Source of the DNA: Escherichia phage 55
Length of the DNA stretch: 64,000 bases
Sequence record: OQ599310
Reading direction: 5' to 3' (one strand)
Shown in pieces: positions 7,929-17,085 of the stretch; the stretch's first letter is position 1; the number at the start of each line of letters is the position of its first letter. The position numbers and the translations under genes are program-made. A model generated the notes under the pieces. That model ran no database searches and was not told where the DNA came from. It saw only the letters and a program-made list of their open reading frames with translations.

Positions 7929-9371
7929 GTGGTAGAAATTATTTTGTCTCATCTAGTATATGACCAGGCTTATTTTTCTAAGGTCTGGCCTTATATGGAT
8001 TCTGATTACTTTGAGCGTGGACCGGCAAAAAACGTCTTTAAAATTATAAAGAGCCACGTTAACGAATATAATGCAATGCCATCTATCAATGCATTAAAGG
8101 TGGCTTTAGATAACAGTTCTTTAACTGAAGCTGAATATAAAGGAACTTCAGACCTAATTGAAAAATTGGCTGATACTCCTGAAGACCATGAATGGCTGGT
8201 TAAAGAAACTGAGAAATATGTCCAGCAAAAAGCGATGTATAATGCTACATCCAAAATCATTGAGATTCAGTCTAATGCTGAACTACCTCCAGAACAACGT
8301 AACAAGAAAATGCCTGACGTAGGAGCTATTCCTGATATTATGCGTCAAGCACTTTCAATTTCGTTCGATAGTTATGTTGGACATGACTGGATGGAAGACT
8401 ACGAAGCACGCTGGCTTTCTTATCTAAATAAAGCACGTAAGGTCCCGTTCAAATTAAACATTTTGAATAAAATCACCAAAGGCGGTGCAGAAACAGGTAC
8501 ACTAAACGTTTTAATGGCTGGTGTTAACGTTGGTAAATCTTTAGGCCTTTGTTCACTTGCTGCAGATTATCTTCAAACAGGACATAATGTTCTTTATATT
8601 TCCATGGAAATGGCTGAAGAAGTTTGTGCTAAGCGTATAGATGCAAATATGCTTGACGTATCGCTCGATGATATCGATGATGGTAACGTATCTTATGCTG
8701 AATATAAAGCCAAGATGGAAAAATGGCGTTCAAAATCCACATTAGGACGTTTAGTAGTTAAACAGTATCCTACCGGCGGAGCTAATGCTAATACATTCCG
8801 TGCATTGCTTAATGAATTGAAACTCAAGAAGAACTTTGTGCCATCTGTAATCATGGTTGATTACTTAGGTATTTGTGGGTCTTGTCGTATCAGAGTTTAC
8901 ACTGAAAATAGCTACACATTAGTTAAAGCTATCGCAGAAGAACTTCGTGCATTAGCAGTAGAATCTGAAACAGTTCTATGGACTGCAGCTCAAGTAGGAC
9001 GTGCAGCATGGGATGCTTCGGACATGAACATGAGTGATATCGCAGAATCAGCAGGTTTACCAGCAACGGCAGATTTCATGTTGGCCGTAATTGAAACCGA
9101 AGAACTTGCACAAGCTGAACAACAACTTATCAAACAAATCAAATCACGATATGGCGATAAGAATAAGTGGAACAAGTTCTTGATGGGTGTACGTAAAGGC
9201 AACCAGAAATGGATTGAGATTGAGCAAGAAGGCGTGAACACCCCTAACACCGTAAATGAAAACGCAGGTGCTCAGATGCGTCAGGCAGAGGTGAATCGTA
9301 CGGAACGCGTAGGTAAAGCCAAAGCAACACGTGCTGACCTAGATAGCTTAGCCAATGAGTTAAAATTTTAA
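7929..9371 (+). CDS. 41: gp41 replicative DnaB-like helicase
   Basis: N-terminus MVEIILSHL..DQAYFSKVWPYMDS matches T4 gp41; Walker A GVNVGKS. Confidence 0.95.
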   Translation: MVEIILSHLVYDQAYFSKVWPYMDSDYFERGPAKNVFKIIKSHVNEYNAMPSINALKVALDNSSLTEAEYKGTSDLIEKLADTPEDHEWLVKETEKYVQQKAMYNATSKIIEIQSNAELPPEQRNKKMPDVGAIPDIMRQALSISFDSYVGHDWMEDYEARWLSYLNKARKVPFKLNILNKITKGGAETGTLNVLMAGVNVGKSLGLCSLAADYLQTGHNVLYISMEMAEEVCAKRIDANMLDVSLDDIDDGNVSYAEYKAKMEKWRSKSTLGRLVVKQYPTGGANANTFRALLNELKLKKNFVPSVIMVDYLGICGSCRIRVYTENSYTLVKAIAEELRALAVESETVLWTAAQVGRAAWDASDMNMSDIAESAGLPATADFMLAVIETEELAQAEQQLIKQIKSRYGDKNKWNKFLMGVRKGNQKWIEIEQEGVNTPNTVNENAGAQMRQAEVNRTERVGKAKATRADLDSLANELKF

Positions 9372-9376
9372 TAAAA

Positions 9377-9396
9377 AGGAGACTTCGGTCTCCTTT
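9377..9396 (+). terminator. stem-loop GGAGACTTCGGTCTCC after gene 41 (weak U-run)
   Basis: perfect hairpin with UUCG loop. Confidence 0.4.
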
Positions 9397-9400
9397 CGGG

Positions 9401-9430
9401 GTTTACATCTTCCTCTAGGCATGATATGAT
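9401..9430 (+). promoter_or_regulatory. T4-type early promoter
   Basis: GTTTAC then TATGAT with about 18 bp spacer. Confidence 0.45.
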
Positions 9431-9458
9431 GAACTTACACAAACCAAGAGGAAACATT

Positions 9459-9833
9459 ATGAATATGTCTCAAGCAATTTTTACTGCAATCACCGAAAAC
9501 ACAACTGTTGAAGTAGTTTCTCCGCTGGCAACCTACGTTATTCTTGCTCCTAAAACTATTGTATCTCGTATGGAAAACATGGGCAAACGTATCGTACAAA
9601 TCGTTGGAGCCGGAAATCAAAAACTTGATTATCTGCGAACCATCAAAGCTTATGAACATTTCCAACTCGAAAAAGGTTCTCCTATCCAGGTAGAACTCGT
9701 AAATGGTGATATCGTTCGAGCAATGTTCCATCATTTCTATGCATTGAATGACCCATCTAAAGCGGTTCGTTTAATTGCATACGACGCAAACCAAAACGAA
9801 ATCAATGCAGATATATCTAAATTACGTTTTTAA
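9459..9833 (+). CDS. hypothetical protein
   Basis: ORF with AGAGGAAA RBS. Confidence 0.5.
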   Translation: MNMSQAIFTAITENTTVEVVSPLATYVILAPKTIVSRMENMGKRIVQIVGAGNQKLDYLRTIKAYEHFQLEKGSPIQVELVNGDIVRAMFHHFYALNDPSKAVRLIAYDANQNEINADISKLRF

Positions 9834-9866
9834 GTTTACTTCTCCAGTAGTTGTGTTATTATAGAC
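9834..9866 (+). promoter_or_regulatory. T4-type early promoter with flanking 10-bp inverted repeat (CCAGTAGTTG / CAACTACTGG)
   Basis: GTTTAC at 9834-9839, TATTAT -10 at 17 bp; inverted repeat 9844-9853 and 9871-9880. Confidence 0.5.
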
Positions 9867-9888
9867 CTATCAACTACTGGAGAACAAA

Positions 9889-10206
9889 ATGAAAACCATC
9901 GATTGTAAAGCAGAATTTAAGATTTTTTATCACGGTTCAAGTAGTTCAGTTAACATCGAAAACATGCTTTGTCCTCCTGAAGAAACAGGAGTTCTGTCTG
10001 AAACTGGACGTAAGAAAAACTTGGATCGTGTATTCTTTACTGAAGATATCGGTTTAGCAAAGATTTATGCAGGACGAGCAGCACGCTCTTATGGAGGTGA
10101 ACCACGTCTCTATCGAGTAATTTCTCCGGTAGACGTAGTTCAAATGAATGATACTAAAGGTGCTACAGTTTATCACGCTGAATGGGCCTTCTGTGAGGAA
10201 ATCTAA
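9889..10206 (+). CDS. hypothetical protein
   Basis: ORF downstream of early promoter. Confidence 0.5.
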   Translation: MKTIDCKAEFKIFYHGSSSSVNIENMLCPPEETGVLSETGRKKNLDRVFFTEDIGLAKIYAGRAARSYGGEPRLYRVISPVDVVQMNDTKGATVYHAEWAFCEEI

Positions 10207-10207
10207 A

Positions 10208-10411
10208 ATGGAAAATATGGCTAAAGTGTTGTTTATTGGTTGGTTTGAAAATGGGAATATGTTTACCAAAGAAGTTACCATGGACGTGTCTGATAAAGAC
10301 CAAATCCTACGGGCCACTTCTCAATTTGCTGAAGTAAATAAAGCTTTAGTTGAAGCATTTGTTGATGATAAGAAAGTTTTTGAATCCGATTGGCGTAAAG
10401 AGGAAATCTAA
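10208..10411 (+). CDS. hypothetical protein
   Basis: ORF; start inside repeated junction GAGGAAATCTAAAATGGAA. Confidence 0.45.
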   Translation: MENMAKVLFIGWFENGNMFTKEVTMDVSDKDQILRATSQFAEVNKALVEAFVDDKKVFESDWRKEEI

Positions 10412-10412
10412 A

Positions 10413-10553
10413 ATGGAAGAAGTAGAATGTGTAGTGTGTGGTTGTAGCGTCTATGAAGACGAAGCTGTTTTCGATGCATATGATAATGCGACTTGTTTAG
10501 ACTGCGACCGTGAATCTGAAGAACATGCTTACGAGCATGAAGACGAGGAATAA
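10413..10553 (+). CDS. small acidic Cys-x-x-Cys protein (putative zinc ribbon)
   Basis: CVVCGC...CLDC motif pair; same repeated junction context as previous gene. Confidence 0.35.
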   Translation: MEEVECVVCGCSVYEDEAVFDAYDNATCLDCDRESEEHAYEHEDEE

Positions 10554-10565
10554 AATAAAATAATT

Positions 10566-10598
10566 GTTTACAGGGGTCTATGGTAGTGATACTATAGA
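10566..10598 (+). promoter_or_regulatory. T4-type early promoter (with GGTCTAT/ATAGACC inverted repeat)
   Basis: GTTTAC at 10566-10571, TACTATAG -10 region. Confidence 0.5.
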
Positions 10599-10623
10599 CC
10601 TATCAACTATAGAGGAAATTGAA

Positions 10624-10992
10624 ATGAAAAAATTAATCGCTTTAGCAATGGTATTTGGATTAACCGGATGTGGTGCTCATGGCTTTATCCCTAATAACGT
10701 TGGCCAATTGATTTATAACCCGAATGTTAAACAGTATAACCAACCTAAAGTTGAAGTGGAAGACCCGGTTACTGTAGGTAATCGAATGATTCAAGCTGAT
10801 GCTCATGCTCAACGTTATCGTGACTCTGATACTGTAGCTATGTCAAAAGAACAACGCGTTAAAGAACATTGTCTACAGGCTACTGAAATCGCATTTATTC
10901 GCTATGTTGAAACAACTGGTAAAGAGCCTACCCAGAAACAAATCGCGAATAACTACGTCCAGTGTATTGAACGTTTAAACAAATTTAATTAA
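10624..10992 (+). CDS. putative lipoprotein
   Basis: N-terminus MKKLIALAMVFGLTGC has signal peptide plus lipobox. Confidence 0.5.
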   Translation: MKKLIALAMVFGLTGCGAHGFIPNNVGQLIYNPNVKQYNQPKVEVEDPVTVGNRMIQADAHAQRYRDSDTVAMSKEQRVKEHCLQATEIAFIRYVETTGKEPTQKQIANNYVQCIERLNKFN

Positions 10993-10995
10993 TTG

Positions 10996-11028
10996 GTTTA
11001 CACCAAAGTTAAACCAAGATACTATAAA
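10996..11028 (+). promoter_or_regulatory. T4-type early promoter
   Basis: GTTTAC then GATACTATAAA. Confidence 0.45.
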
Positions 11029-11053
11029 CATAACAAATCAAGAGGAAATTAAC

Positions 11054-11302
11054 ATGGAATTATTCGTGGCTAGTTCAGTAGCAGTTTTAATCGCAGGTAT
11101 TGGTTCAATCATCATTTACATGTTGCCTTGGGTAATCGCACTTATTCGTGGCACAAAAAGCACAACAGCAATCTTCTTTGTATCTTTACTCTTTAACTGG
11201 ACGATGGTTGGTTGGATTGGAACTTTAATTTGGTCTATCGTTGCCGAAAAGAAATCGGCTCAGCAGCCTCAACAAGTAATTATTATTCGCGAAAAAGAAT
11301 AA
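11054..11302 (+). CDS. small integral membrane protein (two TM helices)
   Basis: strongly hydrophobic 82-aa translation. Confidence 0.5.
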   Translation: MELFVASSVAVLIAGIGSIIIYMLPWVIALIRGTKSTTAIFFVSLLFNWTMVGWIGTLIWSIVAEKKSAQQPQQVIIIREKE

Positions 11303-11306
11303 ACTT

Positions 11307-11340
11307 GTTTACATTATAGATGGACTATAGTATAGTAGTC
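11307..11340 (+). promoter_or_regulatory. T4-type early promoter
   Basis: GTTTAC then TATAGTATAGTAG. Confidence 0.45.
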
Positions 11341-11365
11341 CTATCAAATCAACTAAGGAGTTAAA

Positions 11366-11659
11366 ATGAAAAAGTTATCATTGGCAGCAATCCTACTTGC
11401 AGTATCATGTGCACCGGCTCCAGTTACGGCAGGTTATGATAAAGACCTCTGTGAGTGGTCAATGACTGCAAATCAAGAAGATGTTGAACAACAAATCTTC
11501 TCTGATATCATGAACATCACTAAACGAGACCGTCCTAATATGGTTAATAAAGTTGTTGAACAACTTAAGTCTGGCGGTATCATGCAGTACAACTATGTTT
11601 TGTATTGTGACCCTAATTTCGATAACAAAGATATCGTAACCGAAATCACAGGTGAATAA
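11366..11659 (+). CDS. secreted or lipoprotein-like small protein
   Basis: signal peptide MKKLSLAAILLAVSCAPAP. Confidence 0.5.
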   Translation: MKKLSLAAILLAVSCAPAPVTAGYDKDLCEWSMTANQEDVEQQIFSDIMNITKRDRPNMVNKVVEQLKSGGIMQYNYVLYCDPNFDNKDIVTEITGE

Positions 11660-11660
11660 T

Positions 11661-12311
11661 ATGATTTATTATATGCACAAAAACGCACCATTTAAATATG
11701 GTAAATTTCCTAATGCACAATGTTATAATATAACGCCGAATGAAAATAATAACGGATACCATATTGGTGTAATTTTTGTAATTGTTAAAGATAACGAAAT
11801 TGTTGCCTGGGCAGATTTTAAAGGTACAACATATGATGTTAATCCAGTGCCTTTCACATATTATAATTTAATGGATTTAGCATACGACTATAATTGGTTT
11901 ACTCATGATACTCTAGCACATGTTGAAGGCGTAGGATTTGACATCTCTTATTCTAGTTATTCATTATGTCCTATGAGCCGAGCTCACGGTAAAGATGTAT
12001 CATATCTTTCAATTCGGAAACGTGTAAACTTCAAACGTAGTACAGAGTATGTTGGTGGACTCTTTGTTAAAGATAATAAAATAACTCGTATTAGTTATCC
12101 TTTAAGTGTAGGTCAAAAAGATGTTGATGTTGATTTAGACTTAACTGAAAGTAACATTAATCGTATTGCTTCTGTATATTTTGATATCGATGAAAAAATT
12201 GTAGTGTGTGGATACGAATTACCACCTGAAGAAAAGGTTGAAGCAATTGAAGTCGAATTAGAAATTTCTGTTGATGACCAAATATTTAATGCATTTATGA
12301 ATCGAGGTTAA
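11661..12311 (+). CDS. hypothetical protein
   Basis: ORF; TAATATG junction with AGGTGA RBS. Confidence 0.45.
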   Translation: MIYYMHKNAPFKYGKFPNAQCYNITPNENNNGYHIGVIFVIVKDNEIVAWADFKGTTYDVNPVPFTYYNLMDLAYDYNWFTHDTLAHVEGVGFDISYSSYSLCPMSRAHGKDVSYLSIRKRVNFKRSTEYVGGLFVKDNKITRISYPLSVGQKDVDVDLDLTESNINRIASVYFDIDEKIVVCGYELPPEEKVEAIEVELEISVDDQIFNAFMNRG

Positions 12312-12312
12312 A

Positions 12313-12510
12313 ATGACTACTGCAATTTGCACTGGTTCTAAAATTAGTGTTTTTACAAGTTTTGAAGATTATGAAGTTGTTTCAAAACACCAATACAATA
12401 TTAGCGTAAAAGCTAATGATGGTGTAATTTGGAATATTCCACACTATGAAGACACTACATATGAAGTCACAGATGCGAACGGTGATAAAGCGATCTTTGT
12501 GATTGATTAA
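12313..12510 (+). CDS. hypothetical protein
   Basis: ORF tightly packed after previous gene. Confidence 0.4.
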   Translation: MTTAICTGSKISVFTSFEDYEVVSKHQYNISVKANDGVIWNIPHYEDTTYEVTDANGDKAIFVID

Positions 12511-12529
12511 ATATACTCAGGAGGTACCT

Positions 12530-12997
12530 ATGGGTATTATTAACACTGCAATAGATTCTGTTTACGCATATAAGTTTATTCGACTAATGCAAAAACCTTT
12601 TACCGAATGGAAAGCGTACGAAGCCAAAATAATCGACGAACGTGGAAGTGTTCTTAAACGTCCTTCTACTCCCGAAGAGAAAGCGGCTTATACACCTTTT
12701 CATGCTTCAGTTCGTTCAATGAAGCGAATGATGAGTACTGTTCCAGGTCTTAATGGAATGGCCTCAATGATGTCTGCCTGGAGTGCTGTAGCTTCACGCT
12801 ATAACATTACTGAAGAACAACAGAAAGAAATATTTAAAGAACTCCCTTTATTTGAGGATATGGTTGCTGGTGATTCAGGTGGCAGTCCTCAAGCTATTGC
12901 ATCAGGAACAACTACAGGTGCAGTCGTAAATAAAGGTCCAGAACAAATTCCTTCCAAGAAAAGAAAGCGAATTAAAGTAAATATTAATAAGTTGTGA
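12530..12997 (+). CDS. hypothetical protein
   Basis: ORF with AGGAGG RBS. Confidence 0.5.
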   Translation: MGIINTAIDSVYAYKFIRLMQKPFTEWKAYEAKIIDERGSVLKRPSTPEEKAAYTPFHASVRSMKRMMSTVPGLNGMASMMSAWSAVASRYNITEEQQKEIFKELPLFEDMVAGDSGGSPQAIASGTTTGAVVNKGPEQIPSKKRKRIKVNINKL

Positions 12998-13036
12998 TAA
13001 GATGGCCTTATTAATTTAAGGCCTCTGGAGAATACT

Positions 13037-14059
13037 ATGGCTGAATGGATAGATAATGAATTTGCTTATCGTGCGTTTTCTCACCTACCTCGTTTTAGAC
13101 AAATCAATAATTCAAGCACATTTAAATTAACATTTCGATGCCCAGTTTGTGGCGACTCTCAGACAGATGCAATGAAAGCCCGCGGATGGTATTATGGCGG
13201 TACTCCAGGTAATGTGCATTGCTATAACTGTCAATATCATAATACAATTTCTGGATACTTAAAAGAGTACGATGAAGAGCTTTATCGCGAGTATCTAATG
13301 GAAGTTCGTAAAGAAAAAGCTAGAATGGAACCAAAGATTGAAAAGGTTCCTGAAGCTAAGCCGGAGCCAGAGAAAAAGACTATAAATTCTTTGCCGTCTT
13401 GTTCTCGTCTGGACAAGCTGCCTGAAGAGCATCCTATTGTGAAATATGTTAAGTCTCGGTGTATTCCTAAAGAATCGTGGAACAGATTATGGTTCACATT
13501 AGAATGGCCCAAATTGGTCAACAAGATTCAACCTGGTACGTATAAGAAAGAGATTCCCGAACCACGTTTAGTGATTCCTATTTTTAATAAAGACGGGAAG
13601 GCCGAGTCATTCCAAGGACGTGCACTTCGTAAAGATGCTCCTCAGAAATATATCACTATTAAAGCGTTTGAGTCTGCAACAAAAATTTATGGTGTTGAAC
13701 GTGTTAAGGAAGGGGACGTCTGGGTAATGGAAGGCCCTATTGATAGTTTATTCATACCCAATGCAATCGCTATTACAGGCGGCTCAATAGATTTAGATGT
13801 GGTACCATTTAAAGAACGTCGGGTATGGGTAATGGATAATGAACCTAGGCATCCGGATACTATAGCTCGTATGAAGCGATTAGTTGATGCAGGCGAACGT
13901 GTCATGTTCTGGGACCGAGCTCCATGGAGATCAAAGGATGTGAATGATATGGTAATGAAAGAAAATGCAACACCACAAGAAATTTTAGAATATATGAAAC
14001 AGAATATTTCAAGTGGGTTGCATGCTAAAATGAGATTATCTCGTTATTCGAAGATTTAA
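13037..14059 (+). CDS. 61: gp61 DNA primase
   Basis: 340 aa; N-terminal zinc ribbon CPVCGDS...CYNCQ; TOPRIM-like EGPIDSL and DNEPRHPD motifs; position next to 41. Confidence 0.9.
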   Translation: MAEWIDNEFAYRAFSHLPRFRQINNSSTFKLTFRCPVCGDSQTDAMKARGWYYGGTPGNVHCYNCQYHNTISGYLKEYDEELYREYLMEVRKEKARMEPKIEKVPEAKPEPEKKTINSLPSCSRLDKLPEEHPIVKYVKSRCIPKESWNRLWFTLEWPKLVNKIQPGTYKKEIPEPRLVIPIFNKDGKAESFQGRALRKDAPQKYITIKAFESATKIYGVERVKEGDVWVMEGPIDSLFIPNAIAITGGSIDLDVVPFKERRVWVMDNEPRHPDTIARMKRLVDAGERVMFWDRAPWRSKDVNDMVMKENATPQEILEYMKQNISSGLHAKMRLSRYSKI

Positions 14060-14253
14060 ACAAGCCCTATAATAGCAAAGGCCAAATCAACTACAGTATC
14101 CAATGGAACAGAAGGAACCATAACACCATGGGCAACTAACAATGGTGCAATCCCGAAGTTCCATGAAATAATGCCACCTACAACTATTGCAGCGATAGCA
14201 GTTTTCTTTTTATTGCCTTTAATAGCGTTGATTAACGATGGAAGTTTAAACAT
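14056..14253 (-). CDS. small hydrophobic membrane protein on the opposite strand to the surrounding early genes
   Basis: 65-aa ORF, mostly hydrophobic (AIAAIVVGGIISWNFGIAPLLVAHGV); fills the gap between 61 and 56. Confidence 0.35.
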   Translation of the reverse strand: MFKLPSLINAIKGNKKKTAIAAIVVGGIISWNFGIAPLLVAHGVMVPSVPLDTVVDLAFAIIGLV

Positions 14254-14341
14254 AATATCTCCTTAGTTACCTATTATTTATTACGCTTTATAAAATTAAT
14301 GGTAGAATTAACTTTCTTATACTGAATTGAAAGGAAAAATA

Positions 14342-14863
14342 ATGGCACACTTTAACGAATGTTCACAACTTATTTCTGGTGTTGATAAAGCAGAAGAAGC
14401 TTATTTTAATGCTCTGATTCACGAAGATAAAGACCCACTGCAGGTAATGCTTGATATGCAGAAATCTTTACAGGTTCGTCTGGCAAATGACAAGCCTGAA
14501 CATAACAAACATCCTGATGAATTGGCTACTGCTGGTGATGTTGTTGATTGGCTGCGTAATCAGAAAGATTATATTGATGATGAATTCCGTGAACTGCTGA
14601 CTTCACTTGGTGGTATGAGCAATGGTGAAAAAGCCGCTAGCTCTGTATGGAAGCCATGGAAAGCACAACATGCTGAATATCGTAATCGTCGTATTGATGA
14701 ACTGTCTCCTGAAGACCAACTGGAAATTAAGTTTGAAATGATTGATATTCTCCATTTCGTTCTGAACATGTTCCAAGGTCTTGGTCTTACAGCAGAAGAA
14801 ATCTTTAAACTTTATTACCTGAAAAATGCTGAAAATTTCGCACGTCAAGACCGAGGTTATTAA
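14342..14863 (+). CDS. 56: dCTP pyrophosphatase (dCTPase-dUTPase), gene 56
   Basis: MAHFNEC...PLQVMLDMQ...ETAGDVVDW...EIFKLYYLKN..NFARQDRGY matches T4 gp56. Confidence 0.85.
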   Translation: MAHFNECSQLISGVDKAEEAYFNALIHEDKDPLQVMLDMQKSLQVRLANDKPEHNKHPDELATAGDVVDWLRNQKDYIDDEFRELLTSLGGMSNGEKAASSVWKPWKAQHAEYRNRRIDELSPEDQLEIKFEMIDILHFVLNMFQGLGLTAEEIFKLYYLKNAENFARQDRGY

Positions 14864-15030
14864 TGGCTCGTTTAAATAAACGCCAGCTCAAGAAAGCCCA
14901 TAAGAAACGTATTGACCAGCTATTTAAAGATTATAACAAAGAGCTCGTGTGTGAGCTCTTAACTAATCAACTTCGTATGGTTGAAGTTATAGAAGGTCCT
15001 GACGAAATTTTGTCAGTGAAGAAGCTTTAA
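14863..15030 (+). CDS. small basic hypothetical protein (55 aa)
   Basis: TAATG overlap with gene 56 stop; below ORF-track cutoff. Confidence 0.3.
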   Translation: MARLNKRQLKKAHKKRIDQLFKDYNKELVCELLTNQLRMVEVIEGPDEILSVKKL

Positions 15031-15052
15031 AATTAATTATAGAGCATTCAAA

Positions 15053-15277
15053 ATGAAATTTGATTTCTACGCATGGCAAAAAGCCGGGAGACCGGCTAAT
15101 AAAGCATTCGGCTCTGATGGATATAATACTAGACTCCACTGGAAATTTAATACTCCAGATGATTATTCTCCGGTAATAATTAACGGCGGTGTTGTTATAT
15201 TAGCTAAATTCGGATATTTTATTGTCCCGAAGAAATTCATTATAAATACACCTGTAATTAAACAACAAAGGAGTTAA
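15053..15277 (+). CDS. hypothetical protein
   Basis: ORF. Confidence 0.4.
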   Translation: MKFDFYAWQKAGRPANKAFGSDGYNTRLHWKFNTPDDYSPVIINGGVVILAKFGYFIVPKKFIINTPVIKQQRS

Positions 15278-15279
15278 TT

Positions 15280-15516
15280 ATGGGTGGTTATGTAAACATC
15301 AAAACCTTTACGCATCCTGCTGGTGAAGGTAAAGAAGTTAAAGGTATGGAAGTTTCTGTGCCGTTTGAGATTTATTCAAACGAACATCGGATCGCAGATT
15401 CTCATTACCAAATCTTTCCATCAGAAAAGGCAGCTTATTCTACTGTAGTTTCTGATGCAGCTGACTGGAAAACTAAGAACGCTGCAATGTTTACCCCTAC
15501 ACCAGTAAGTGGTTAA
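15280..15516 (+). CDS. soc: small outer capsid protein Soc
   Basis: GYVNIKTF...HYQ.FPSEKAAYSTV matches T4 Soc; 78 aa. Confidence 0.8.
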   Translation: MGGYVNIKTFTHPAGEGKEVKGMEVSVPFEIYSNEHRIADSHYQIFPSEKAAYSTVVSDAADWKTKNAAMFTPTPVSG

Positions 15517-15523
15517 ATAATTT

Positions 15524-15552
15524 AAGGAATCCTTCGGGATTCCTTTTTTTTG
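15524..15552 (+). terminator. rho-independent terminator after soc
   Basis: AAGGAATCCTTCGGGATTCCTT hairpin then 8 T. Confidence 0.7.
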
Positions 15553-15560
15553 TTTATACA

Positions 15561-15590
15561 GTTTACAACCACTAAAAACTGTGTTAAGAT
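15561..15590 (+). promoter_or_regulatory. T4-type early promoter
   Basis: GTTTAC then TAAGAT at 18 bp. Confidence 0.45.
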
Positions 15591-15618
15591 ATTCTTACTT
15601 ACTCAAGAGGAGAACAAT

Positions 15619-15846
15619 ATGTTAAATCGTTGGATTAAACCTAATAACACATTAGGTGCTTTGATTGCTCAAGAAGTTTCGTTGAAATACGGTCTTGGAT
15701 ATTACGATGATGTAGTCATACACTCATTCATGATGGATGGTGAAGACGTCAAATTTAATGCTGAAATCCGTTGGGATGATGGTGGTGTTCGTTTTGTTCG
15801 AGGAACAATTAATGCTTACGATACTGAAGAAGTTATTTGCTGTTAA
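15619..15846 (+). CDS. hypothetical protein
   Basis: ORF with AGAGGAG RBS. Confidence 0.45.
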   Translation: MLNRWIKPNNTLGALIAQEVSLKYGLGYYDDVVIHSFMMDGEDVKFNAEIRWDDGGVRFVRGTINAYDTEEVICC

Positions 15847-15859
15847 ACCAGGCGAAGGG

Positions 15860-16048
15860 ATGATGCCTATTCCTGATACACACGAAAAAAGTTGGGAATA
15901 CATTGGTGACGGCATGATGGAAGAAGTTATTCGTCCTAAGTCTGCTTCAAGCTCTTCAAGTTATAATCATTCATACGTATCGTCTTGGCCTGGTGATTCC
16001 GGGTCAAGTTATTCTGATTGTGGTTCAAGCTCAGGGAGCTGCGAATGA
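15860..16048 (+). CDS. hypothetical Ser-rich small protein
   Basis: ORF; start chosen at internal Met after GAAGGG. Confidence 0.3.
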   Translation: MMPIPDTHEKSWEYIGDGMMEEVIRPKSASSSSSYNHSYVSSWPGDSGSSYSDCGSSSGSCE

Positions 16049-16224
16049 ACAAGTTAGTTAAATGGTTTAAAAGCTGGGACGATGGTGTCGGTCCAGAAGA
16101 TTGGCTGGATGTTCTTGAAGAGAATATGGCTAAAGAATTCCAGAAACATGAAGAAAAGCTCGTCGAAGATGAAGGCGAACGTATTGTAAAACTTTATATG
16201 GGTGAACCATCGAGGAAATTATAA
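16045..16224 (+). CDS. hypothetical protein
   Basis: ATGA overlap start. Confidence 0.35.
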   Translation: MNKLVKWFKSWDDGVGPEDWLDVLEENMAKEFQKHEEKLVEDEGERIVKLYMGEPSRKL

Positions 16225-16688
16225 TGGATGCTATGCTATTTAAAATGTATTTGCTTGAAGCCAAGTCATTTAAACATATACCAGTAGAAGATAAGACTCC
16301 ACTAGAAATAGCTATTCTCATTAACAAAAGTCTAAATAATCCGCAATATATCGTAGAAGAATTCTGCAAATTGCAGATTCCTAAAGGTTACAAAATTCGT
16401 GTAGAGCGAGTTGGAGCTATTACTCGTTCTAAAAATTCTCCGTTTAGTCTTGAAGAAGGCATAAAGGACTTAGGTTATGAATCCACGGAAAATGCTGTTT
16501 ATGTGAATCCTGAAAAGCGTTTAGACCTGTTTGAAAAGCGGGACCATAAGTATTTTGCCAAAAAATACTTTATTACATCATTAGCAGATTTAGTCCATTT
16601 GCAACGAGCTATTTGGAAATTTTTTAAGACAAAAGGTGTAGCGCTAGAAACATTCTCCGAGCAGCCTAGTTTTTATTTAGGTGAATAA
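16224..16688 (+). CDS. hypothetical protein (in the position of T4 mrh)
   Basis: 154-aa ORF; assignment by position only. Confidence 0.4.
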   Translation: MDAMLFKMYLLEAKSFKHIPVEDKTPLEIAILINKSLNNPQYIVEEFCKLQIPKGYKIRVERVGAITRSKNSPFSLEEGIKDLGYESTENAVYVNPEKRLDLFEKRDHKYFAKKYFITSLADLVHLQRAIWKFFKTKGVALETFSEQPSFYLGE

Positions 16689-16689
16689 T

Positions 16690-16869
16690 ATGGACCTTAT
16701 GAGTATGTTTGACGAGCCTGAAGTTGAGGCTCCTAAAGTGCATCGTAGTGAACTTGTTGATGAACTAGATAGTATTATACAACGACACGGCTTTAGTTTA
16801 CCTGTTGAAGCCCTGAAAGACCTTGCCTCTTATTATGACGACCCTCCGCCATGGAGTCCTTGGAAATGA
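16690..16869 (+). CDS. hypothetical protein
   Basis: TAATATG junction. Confidence 0.4.
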   Translation: MDLMSMFDEPEVEAPKVHRSELVDELDSIIQRHGFSLPVEALKDLASYYDDPPPWSPWK

Positions 16870-17029
16870 AAGAGAAATTTAAAGAGAAATTCTTACTAGA
16901 AATCAAGGAAAAAGACTTTGAGACATGGTATCGAATGGTGAAAGGGTTGACATTGCTTTTTAAAGCATCTTTATTCATGTTAGAACAACCCGGTCCTGAT
17001 GGTCCTTTAGTAGGAAAGCTTAAAAAGTA

Positions 17030-17058
17030 GTTTACATTCCCTCCTCTCGTGTTATGAT
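17030..17058 (+). promoter_or_regulatory. T4-type early promoter
   Basis: GTTTAC then TATGAT at 17 bp. Confidence 0.5.
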
Positions 17059-17085
17059 AGGCTTATCTTTAAATGGAGGTCTATC

